Shown here in pieces: positions 54,801-64,000 of a DNA stretch of 64,000 nt; the first letter of the stretch is position 1; each line of letters starts with the position of its first letter. The stretch is from Lysobacterales bacterium. Lineage in GTDB: Bacteria; Pseudomonadota; Gammaproteobacteria; Xanthomonadales; BPKI01. Location: NCBI GenBank assembly GCA_033582715.1, contig JAVQZZ010000001.1, positions 118,431 to 182,430 of the forward strand, written 5' to 3'. A program made the translations under genes and the position numbers. The notes under the pieces were generated by a model. That model was given only the letters and a program-made list of their open reading frames with translations, was not told where the DNA came from and searched no databases.

Positions 54801-55106
54801 TCGCAGGGCAGCTACAACCCCGCCACCGGCGTCTGGACCGTGGGCACGCTGGCCCCGAGCGCCTCGGCGACGCTCACCTTCCAGCTCCAGGTGCGCTTCT
54901 CCGGCAACTGGAACAACACCGCGAGCGCGAGCAGCGACACCCCCGATCCGAACGGGGCCAACAACCAGAGCACGGTCGGCGTGAACCCGACCGGCCTGCT
55001 GCCGCCGCCGCGGCCGATCCCGATGCTCGGCCTCGCGGGCCTCCTGCTCCTGGGCGGCGGCCTGCTCCTCGGGCTCGCCTGGATGCGGCGCGGCAACGCG
55101 GCTTAG
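51888..55106 (+). CDS. 1072-aa secreted modular protein: two PPC-like domains, proprotein-convertase P-like domain, jelly-roll domain, three DUF11-like repeats, IPTL-CTERM-like tail
   Basis: Signal peptide; ExEPND/E motifs; GTWRLTVHD...GGTLQRWSLRI; ADLAVTK...DP...NN repeats; tail PPPRPIPMLGLAGLLLLGGGLLLGLAWMRR. Confidence 0.8.
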   Translation: MTCLVRIALAACAAFLPLLAFATPQLLELPSGGETKAPSGTPPNTPSGVFVAPDSPFGYDFSIAGEREPNDGAAQAQLLALVNDAFRLRANIYPGGDVDWYAIPLQAGDRVYAATNTTKPVASGDTVLTLLAPDGTTVIEEDDDDGGFGGVASSIAGATVPSAGTYFLRVRGFAATTTIRPYELLVQVRRGSPTPETEPNELSGGGQPLPASRWVSGAITGGSDVNDSFNFSLAAGDTVFLSLDADPQRVGGARWNPRLGLGTFDGFVLLVNDGNTTSPNSEAFFFTVEQAGSYTVFVDAAAGAGPAADYHLSVTVFPFLPASASCQTYTSADTPIAIPTGPGSITSTIAVPGTPRIADLDVALELQHDNPPDLDLVLEGPGGNRITLLTDPPTAAPNPRQFNLVLDDEAALQLGTYNRYQVYRAQPEGPNLLSWFDGMNGGGTWRLTVHDDLAMNGGTLQRWSLRICEVPAAPSCPAGTQPVTVYQSDFNADNGGFTASGTASDWQWGTPSAAPLNDCASGTSCWATRLAGNYSNNADETLQSPLFNLSGLVAPVTLSWAQKYQMESASFDRIYLRAENGAASVTRQLFAWLGPTMQEGVGNPTQTIAMAAGWGLFRSDLSPFAGDSVRLKFRLASDASGNFPGWGIDDVRIDACQPFADLAVTKTNGVSTVQAGTSTTYTIVVSHAAGAATTTATVSDAVPAAASGCTWTCSAAGGASCGAASGSGAISETVTLVPGSSVTYQFTCAIPLNATAGPLSNTVTVSGVAPDPNGANNTATDTDTIQPVADLAVTKSDGVSTVVAGTSTTYTIQVRHQGGGATVTDAVVVDNPPPSLSCTWTCSAAGGASCGAASGSGAINQTVTLPPGGSVTFSLVCAIAPSATGTIANTASVSSATVPDPVAGNNSATDTNTVQSQADLSVAIAYSNTTPPAGSTITKTVTVSNAGPSTAVNVVVNDLIPSGYTLVSATPSQGSYNPATGVWTVGTLAPSASATLTFQLQVRFSGNWNNTASASSDTPDPNGANNQSTVGVNPTGLLPPPRPIPMLGLAGLLLLGGGLLLGLAWMRRGNAA

Positions 55107-55126
55107 GCCGCCCGGTCGCGATCGGC

Positions 55127-55162
55127 GAACGGGCGCGTCCGACAGGGCGCGCCCGTTCTCTT
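55127..55162 (+). terminator. Probable intrinsic terminator
   Basis: 14-bp stem GAACGGGCGCGTCC-GACA-GGGCGCGCCCGTTC (one G-U pair) followed by TCTT, 20 nt after the stop at 55106; U tail is short. Confidence 0.6.
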
Positions 55163-55226
55163 CGCGGCCCTGGCATTGCGCGAGGCGCTCGCGCAGACTG
55201 TCCGCGGCGTCTCACCTCCCCGACCG

Positions 55227-55901
55227 ATGGAGATCACCGCCGCCTTCGCCGTTCCCCTCGCCCGCTCGCGGCTGCCCGACTGCGAGGCGCTGAACGCGGA
55301 GCTCAGGGCGCTGTTCCTCGCGCGCGAGGCGGAAGGCGCCCGCTACCGCAACCCGGAGCCGCTGGTGGCGCGCAACCAGGCGCTCTACGAGAGCGTGTTC
55401 AACCTCTTCGACTGGCCGCATCCCGCGGTGCGGCGGCTGCGCGACTTCTGCCTCGGCGAGCTGTTCCGGCTGGTCGCGGAGCTCAACGGCCACGACGCGG
55501 CCACCGTGGCCAGGCTGCGCGCCCACGTCGAGTGCTGGTTCCACGTCACCCGCCGCGGCGGCTGGTTCGGCGTGCACAACCACGCGCTCCATTCCTGGTC
55601 GGGGGTCTACTGCGTGCGCCACGACGGCGACGACCCCGAGAGCGACAGCGGGCGGCTCGTGTTCATCAACCCGAACCAGTGCGCGGCGATGTTCGCCGAC
55701 CCGGGCAACGCCCGCATGCGCCCGCCCTTCGCGATCGCGCCGCTCAAGCTGCGGCTCAGGGCCGGCGAGCTGGTGCTCTTCCCTTCCTGGCTGCTCCACG
55801 AGGTGCTGCCCTACGAGGGCGACTCCGAGCGGATCACCGTCGCCTTCAACGCGCGCTTCCGCGATCCCGGGGTGCGGCCGCCGGAGCTGCCCCTGGGCTG
55901 A
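55227..55901 (+). CDS. Putative 2OG-Fe(II) oxygenase (TIGR02466-like)
   Basis: WFHV...HNH...WSGVYCV, GRLVFINP, GELVLFPSWLLHEV, RITVAFN. Confidence 0.8.
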   Translation: MEITAAFAVPLARSRLPDCEALNAELRALFLAREAEGARYRNPEPLVARNQALYESVFNLFDWPHPAVRRLRDFCLGELFRLVAELNGHDAATVARLRAHVECWFHVTRRGGWFGVHNHALHSWSGVYCVRHDGDDPESDSGRLVFINPNQCAAMFADPGNARMRPPFAIAPLKLRLRAGELVLFPSWLLHEVLPYEGDSERITVAFNARFRDPGVRPPELPLG

Positions 55902-55973
55902 GCGCAGCCGCGCTCGCCGCGCCCGCGCCGATCGGCGACAATAGCCGCTTCGCCTCGCCCGAGGACCGTCGCC

Positions 55974-56972
55974 ATGCCTCGCCAGCTTCTGCTCCTTGCC
56001 CTCCCGCTGCTCGCCCTCGGCTGCGAGAATCGCCGCGAGCCGACCGCATCGGCGCCGGCGGCGAAGGGGCCCGAGGCGCCCGCGGCGATGCCGGTGATCG
56101 AGTCGATCCGCTTCCGCTGCGGCGATCTCCCGCTCACCGCCCACTTCGGCCGCTTCGAGGTCACGGTGGAGCTGCCGGACGAGAGCTTCCGGCTCGCCGA
56201 GGTCGCGTCGGCGAGGGGGGCGCGCTACGCCAGCGGGGCCGACCCGGCCGAGGTCGAGTTCTGGCACGAGGGCGAGGAGGCGCTGCTCACCGTGCGCGGC
56301 ACGCGCTATCCGCCGTGCGCCGCGGAGCGCAGTGCAGCGCCGGGAATGCTGCGCGCGGAGGCCAGCGACGGCTCCTGGCGCCTCGAGTGGCGGGAGGCCG
56401 ACGGCAGCCTCACCCTTCACCGCGGCGCCGAGAGCGTGAGCGGCAAGGCACGCCGCGAGCCGAGCGAGGGCGGCTTCGAGCTCAAGGGCGAGCTCGGGGG
56501 CCGGCCGTTCGGCCTGCTCGTCGAACGCAATCGCCACTGCGTGCCGACGGCCGGCGGCTGGCCCCGGCCTCACCGCGCCCGCCTGCGTCATGGCGAGATC
56601 GACCAGGGCGGCTGCGCCGGCACGCCCGAGGAGCTGCTCCACGGCCGCCCCTGGCAGCTCGTCGAGGTCGACTTCGGCTTCGTGCCGGGGAGCCGCCTGC
56701 GTCCGGAGCTGGTCTTCACGCCGCAGGGACGGCTGTTCGGTCAGGCCTACTGCAACCGCTTCGCCGGCCGCTGGCGGCTCGCCGCGGAGGGCCTGGTGAT
56801 CGAGGAGCTCGCGGCGACCAAGATCGCCTGCCGCGAGCCCGAGCTCAACGAGGCCGAGCAGCAGCTCCTCGACTCGCTGCGCGCGGTGCGCCGCATCGAG
56901 CTCGATCACCGCGGGATGCTGCTGCTCACCAGTCCCGACGGACGGCGGAGTCTCCGCCTGGTGGGCGGCTGA
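55974..56972 (+). CDS. Lipoprotein with MliC-like and META/HslJ domains
   Basis: Lipobox LALGC; SARGARY...FWHEGEEALL (MliC-like); WQLVEV...CNRFAG...ATKIAC...EQQLL (META). Confidence 0.75.
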   Translation: MPRQLLLLALPLLALGCENRREPTASAPAAKGPEAPAAMPVIESIRFRCGDLPLTAHFGRFEVTVELPDESFRLAEVASARGARYASGADPAEVEFWHEGEEALLTVRGTRYPPCAAERSAAPGMLRAEASDGSWRLEWREADGSLTLHRGAESVSGKARREPSEGGFELKGELGGRPFGLLVERNRHCVPTAGGWPRPHRARLRHGEIDQGGCAGTPEELLHGRPWQLVEVDFGFVPGSRLRPELVFTPQGRLFGQAYCNRFAGRWRLAAEGLVIEELAATKIACREPELNEAEQQLLDSLRAVRRIELDHRGMLLLTSPDGRRSLRLVGG

Positions 56973-57038
56973 GCGGCCGGCGAGACGGCCTCCGCCCCGT
57001 TGAGCTTTCCTTCGCGCCCGAGCCGGCAGGCTGGGCGC

Positions 57039-57803
57039 ATGTCTTCCATCCTCGCCGGCGTCGAGGCGCCCCGGATCGTCCTCACCGGCGCGAGCGGCGG
57101 CATCGGCCTCGCCCTACTCGAGGCCTGCCTCCGGCGCTGGCCCAAGGCGCGGATCGAGGCCCTCGCCCGCCGACCCGAGGACTGCCCGCGGCTGATCGAG
57201 CTCGCCGCCGCCGAGGGCGAGCGGCTCCGCCTCCACCGCTTCGAGCTCCGCGACGCCGAGGGGCTCGCCCGGCTCGGGGCGGCGCTTGCCGCCGAGGGCC
57301 CGGTGCAGCTCCTGATCCACGCCACGGGCCTGCTCCACGGCCCCGGGATCGCGCCGGAGCGCACGATCGCGGAGCTCACCCCGGAGGCGCTCGCGCTCGC
57401 CTTCGCGGTCAACGCCTCCGGTCCGGCCCTGCTCACCCGTGCGCTACTGCCGGCCCTGCGCGGCCGGCATCCGGCGGTCGTGGCCGTGCTCTCGGCCAAG
57501 GTGGGCTCGATCGGCGACAACCGCCTGGGCGGCTGGTACGCCCACCGTGCCGCCAAAGCGGCGCTCAACCAGCTCTTCCGCTGCCTCGCCATCGAGCTCA
57601 GGCGGCTCAACCCCGAGTCCTGCGTGCTGCTGCTCCACCCGGGCACCGTGGCCACGCGCCTCTCCGCTCCCTTCGCTGGCGGCATGAACCCCCGCCTCGC
57701 TCCCGAGGAGGCGGCCACGAGGCTGCTCGAGCGCATCCTCGCCGCGAGCCCCGCCGACACCGGATCCTTCCTCGCCCCCGACGGCAGCGCCCTCCCCTGG
57801 TGA
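57039..57803 (+). CDS. C-factor/CsgA-like short-chain dehydrogenase (catalytic Tyr altered)
   Basis: TGASGGIG, FAVNASGP, SAKVGSIGDNRLGGWYAHRAAKAALN, LHPGTV, LPW end. Confidence 0.85.
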   Translation: MSSILAGVEAPRIVLTGASGGIGLALLEACLRRWPKARIEALARRPEDCPRLIELAAAEGERLRLHRFELRDAEGLARLGAALAAEGPVQLLIHATGLLHGPGIAPERTIAELTPEALALAFAVNASGPALLTRALLPALRGRHPAVVAVLSAKVGSIGDNRLGGWYAHRAAKAALNQLFRCLAIELRRLNPESCVLLLHPGTVATRLSAPFAGGMNPRLAPEEAATRLLERILAASPADTGSFLAPDGSALPW

Positions 57804-57861
57804 AGCTCGCCGGTCGCCGCGGGAGGGATAATCTCGCGAGTCCCGACGCTCGCCCGCACCC

Positions 57862-60459
<2,598 letters not shown>

Positions 60460-60460
<1 letters not shown>

Positions 60461-61636
60461 TGGACCAGCTACGCATTCCGGCCTGGTATCTGCGCGGCGG
60501 CACCTCGAAGGGGGTGTTCTTCCTCCGCGACGAGCTTCCCGCGCCCTGCCGGGAGCCCGGCGCGATGCGCGACAGGCTGCTGCTGCGGGTGATCGGCTCG
60601 CCCGATCCCTACGGCCAGCACATCGACGGCCTCGGCGGGGGCAGCTCCTCGACCAGCAAGGTGGTAATCCTCGCCCCGAGCGCCGATCCCGAGCACGACG
60701 TCGATTACCTCTTCGGCCAGGTGGCGATCGACCGCCCGCTGATCGACTGGAGCGGCAACTGCGGCAACCTCTCCGCCGCGGTCGGGCCGGTGGCCATCGC
60801 CCGCGGCCTGCTCCCGCCCGCACGCCGGGTGCGCGACGGCTGGCAGCTGGTGCGCATCCGCCAGTGCAACATCGGCAAGACCATCCTCGCCGAGGTCGCG
60901 GTGCGCGACGGGGAGGTGGTGGAGTGCGGGGACTTCGAGCTCGACGGCGTGCCCTTCCCGGCGGCGGAGGTGCGGCTCGCCTTCCTCGACCCGGCCGAGG
61001 GGGAGGGGGCGCTGTTCCCCACCGGCCGCGCGCTCGAGACCCTCGAGGTCGGCGGGATCGGCACCCTGCCCGCCACCCTGATCGATGCCGGGATCCCCAC
61101 GGTCTTCGTTCCCGCCGAGGCGCTGGGGCTCAAGGGCACCGAGGGCCAGCGCGAGGTCAACGGCGATGCCGCGCTGCTCGCCCGCCTCGAGGCGGTGCGG
61201 GTGGCGGGGGCGCTCGCCATGGGCCTGATCCGCGACCCCGCCGAGGCCGCGTCCCGCCAGCACACGCCGAAGCTCGCCCTGGTGGCGCCGCCCCGGGACT
61301 ATCTCGCCGCCAGCGGCCGCCCGGTGACGGCGGGGGAGATCGCCCTCAACGTCCGCGCGCTCTCGATGGGCAGGCTCCACCACGCGATGATGGGCACGGT
61401 GGCGGTGGCGATCGCGGCCGCGGCCGCGGTCCCGGGCACCCTGGTGAGCGAGCTGCTCGGCGGAGCGCGTCCGGAGCTTCGCTTCGGCCATCCCTCGGGA
61501 AGCCTGCGCGTGGGGGCGGAGGCAGCAGCCCGGGCCGGCAGGCTGGCGCATTCGGCGGGTCAGCATGAGCCGCAGCGCGCGGGTGCTGATGGAGGGCTTC
61601 GTGCGCGTCCCCGCGAGTCTGCTCGAGTCGCCCTGA
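60460..61636 (+). CDS. prpF: 2-methylaconitate cis-trans isomerase (frameshift near the 3' end)
   Basis: RGGTSKGVFF, GSPDPYG.HIDGLGG, SGNCGNL, SMGRLHHAMMGT, FGHPSG; MSRSARVLMEGFVRVP in a shifted frame. Confidence 0.93.
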
Positions 61637-61740
61637 GGCGATGCCGCCCGTCATCGCCGGCGCCCGCTCCCGCGCCGGGGGCGCACGTCGGCGGCGGGGC
61701 CCGCTAGGATGGCCGACGACCCTCGCCCGACGCACCCGCC

Positions 61741-62241
61741 ATGTCCCGGCTCACCCTCGGCCTCTCCTTATCCCTCCTCGGCCTCGCGGCCAGTTCCGCC
61801 GCCGGCGCCTGCGCCCCGACCTTCGACCTGTCGGCGACGCCCGAGTACCAGAACCTCGACTTCGCCGCCGACATCCAGCCGATCTTCGACGTCGCCTGCG
61901 TGAGCTGCCACGGCGTCCTCGGCAACCTCGACCTCTCCGCCGGCCAAGCCTACGCCAACCTGGTGAACGTGCCCTCCTTCAACCCGAACAATGCCATGGA
62001 CCGAGTGGAGCCCGGCGATCCCGGCCAGAGCTTCCTGTTCTGGAAGCTCAACTGCTCGAACCCCGGTGCCCTCGGCTGGGGCGCGATGATGCCGCTTGGC
62101 GGGCCGCCGCTCGCGGCCTCCGATCAGGCCCGGATCATGGACTGGATCCGGGAGGGTGCGCCGCCGGCGAAGGATGCCACGCGGGTCTTCCGCCACGGCT
62201 TCGAGGCCCGGCCGGCACAGCCGCCCGCGCCGAGCCCCTGA
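61741..62241 (+). CDS. Secreted monoheme c-type cytochrome-like protein
   Basis: Signal peptide; DIQPIF...CVSCH; VEPGDP..S.L..KL; MMP distal ligand; IMDWIREGA; C-terminal VFRHGFE. Confidence 0.72.
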   Translation: MSRLTLGLSLSLLGLAASSAAGACAPTFDLSATPEYQNLDFAADIQPIFDVACVSCHGVLGNLDLSAGQAYANLVNVPSFNPNNAMDRVEPGDPGQSFLFWKLNCSNPGALGWGAMMPLGGPPLAASDQARIMDWIREGAPPAKDATRVFRHGFEARPAQPPAPSP

Positions 62242-62251
62242 GACCGGCGTC

Positions 62252-63631
62252 TCACGCAGCCCGCCGGCGCAGCGCCCGCCAGCCGAGGAGACCGAGCAGA
62301 CCGCCCAGGCCGCCGAGCGCCCAGAGACCGGCGGCCGGAATCTGGCGCGCGGTCGGCAGTCCGAGGGTGACGTTGACCTGGAAGCTGCAGCTGCCCTGGT
62401 TCCCCGCCTGGTCGGTCGCGCGGCAGGTGACGGTGTGGCTGCCGACGGGGAAGAGCGAGCCCGAGGGCGGGGTGCAGAGCACCGAAAGCGAGGCCGTGCA
62501 GTTGTCGGTGGCCGGGACGGTATAGCTCACCGGCACCGGCGCCCCGCCCATCGACACCACATTCTGCGTCGCGGGGCAGGTGAGGGTCGGCGGCGTCTGG
62601 TCGACCACGGTGACCTGGAAGCTGCCGCTGTGCCCGAAGTTGCTCGAGCAGTTCACGGTGGTGGTTCCGAGCGGGAAGCTGCTGCCCGAGGCCGGCGTGC
62701 AGCTCGTGGTGATGCCGCCGCCTGCGCAGACCGCCGGGCCGATGGTCGGCGAGAAGGTCACCGTTGCGCTGCAGGCGGTGGCCGAGGCCGGCACGGTCTG
62801 GTTCGGCGGCACGCTCATGGTGCAGGCCTCGCCGTCGAGGACGAAGGGCGCATCCTGGCGCGGCGTGCCGGTGCCGCTGTCCTCGAAGTTCTGCCAGGAG
62901 CTGGTGCCGGGATTGAACTGCAGGCCGTTGGCCCCTGGTTTCCCGGGCTGGCCGAGGATGGTCACCGGCGGCTGCCAGGGGCCGCTCGTCAGGGTGCCGC
63001 CGAGCTGCCAGTCGAGCCAGTAGGTTCCCGGCGCGAGCAGGACGCCGGCGTTGCCGTTGATGGTCATGATCGGCCGGGTCTGGCCGCCCGCGACCGCACA
63101 GGTGGTGGTCTCGGTGTCGCGGTAGATGCCGCTGAAGGCGGTGCTCGCGAAGCGGTTGGTGCTGGTGTCGCCAAACACCACCGTGCTGGTGCCGACGTTC
63201 GGGGGACCGTTCCAGATCCGGAAGTTGACGTGATTGAAGGTCGAGGTCAGGGTCGAGCCGGTCTGGTAGGAAAAGAAGGTGACCGTGTTGAGGTACCAGC
63301 CGCCGGCGGGCACGGTGAAGTCGTCGGCAATGCGGAAGCCGCCGGAGAGCGAGACGTTGGCGCCAATGGTGCTGAGCCCGAGGGAGGTGTTCTGCACGCG
63401 GCTCGCATCGGTGTTGCTCGGGCAGACTCCGGTGTGGGTGACCAGCGGCCCGTTGTTGAGCAGGAGCGCGAGCGGCTGCACCCACAGCGGCGAGGCCGGC
63501 GCACTCGAGCTCGCAAGAGGCGGCTCGGGATCCCCCACGTTCTCCCGCGCCTGAGCGAAGGCCCCCTCTGCAGGGGCGAGCACGGGAAACAGCGCGCACA
63601 GCCAGACGTTCCGCAGCCTCATCGCTTCCAC
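62252..63631 (-). CDS. Secreted protein with beta-sandwich head, two HYR-like domains and IPTL-CTERM-like tail
   Basis: Signal peptide; SGSSFPLGTTTVNC and SGSLFPVGSHTVTCRATDQAGN HYR motifs; tail PTARQIPAAGLWALGGLGGLLGLLGWRALRRR. Confidence 0.8.
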   Translation of the reverse strand: MEAMRLRNVWLCALFPVLAPAEGAFAQARENVGDPEPPLASSSAPASPLWVQPLALLLNNGPLVTHTGVCPSNTDASRVQNTSLGLSTIGANVSLSGGFRIADDFTVPAGGWYLNTVTFFSYQTGSTLTSTFNHVNFRIWNGPPNVGTSTVVFGDTSTNRFASTAFSGIYRDTETTTCAVAGGQTRPIMTINGNAGVLLAPGTYWLDWQLGGTLTSGPWQPPVTILGQPGKPGANGLQFNPGTSSWQNFEDSGTGTPRQDAPFVLDGEACTMSVPPNQTVPASATACSATVTFSPTIGPAVCAGGGITTSCTPASGSSFPLGTTTVNCSSNFGHSGSFQVTVVDQTPPTLTCPATQNVVSMGGAPVPVSYTVPATDNCTASLSVLCTPPSGSLFPVGSHTVTCRATDQAGNQGSCSFQVNVTLGLPTARQIPAAGLWALGGLGGLLGLLGWRALRRRAA

Positions 63632-63742
63632 CTCCCGAAGTCGTCAGAAAGGACTCCCGGCACGGCTCATGCCGTCCGGCCCAAACGAAACGTTAATCTT
63701 TGCGCAGCGATCGGGCAAGTGCGGCGAGCGGGCCGGCGGGCG

Positions 63743-64000
63743 ATGGGCGAGTGGCTGCTCTATGGGGCGACCGGGTACACCGGTCGGCTGATCGCCGAGC
63801 GCGCGGCGGCGCGGGGACTCAAGCCCGTACTGGCCGGCCGCAACCCCACGGCGGTCTCCGCGCTCGCCGACCGGCTCGGCCTGCCCTGGCGCGCCTTTCC
63901 CCTCGAGGAGCCGGCGCGGCTCGCGGCCGGGATCCGGGGCGCGACGGCCGTGCTGCACTGCGCCGGTCCCTTCGCCCGCACGGCACCGCCGATGATCGCG
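63743..64000 (+). CDS. Saccharopine dehydrogenase-like NAD(P)-binding oxidoreductase, N-terminal part (runs off window)
   Basis: My translation: MGEWLLYGATGYTGRLIA...VLAGRN...VLHCAGPF. Confidence 0.82.
   Translation, partial: MGEWLLYGATGYTGRLIAERAAARGLKPVLAGRNPTAVSALADRLGLPWRAFPLEEPARLAAGIRGATAVLHCAGPFARTAPPMIA

Overview
Very high-GC bacterial chromosomal segment. Gene order and protein style fit a Xanthomonadales/Lysobacterales-like gammaproteobacterium (ftsE-ftsX-response regulator-ung; tRNA-Arg-cytochrome c5; rhlB-trxA-rho; glnE-queF; sppA-MATE-priA; acnD-prpF). Many single-base frameshifts fall in essential genes and are best read as consensus errors, so several gene ends are approximate. 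I found no integrase, transposase, prophage or CRISPR array. Highlights: (1) a non-coding element upstream of priA with three DnaA boxes in a DARS-like geometry, a perfect IHF consensus and a fourth weak box; (2) four secreted modular proteins sharing an IPTL-CTERM-like tail (RxIPxxGL + TM + Arg), including a long/short paralog pair with the same glycine-rich head on 10 versus 2 Ig-like stalk repeats that keep an invariant K/D/N triad; (3) a PA0069-type radical SAM gene still largely in frame but with no Tyr, a broken CxxxCxxC and no TpA dinucleotide over about 1.1 kb, which may record the lineage's mutational bias; (4) a Zn-ribbon/kinase/TM/WD40 receptor kinase coupled to cobB; (5) a secreted monoheme cytochrome with an 'FxxGFE' tail. 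All family assignments come from motif recognition, not database searches.
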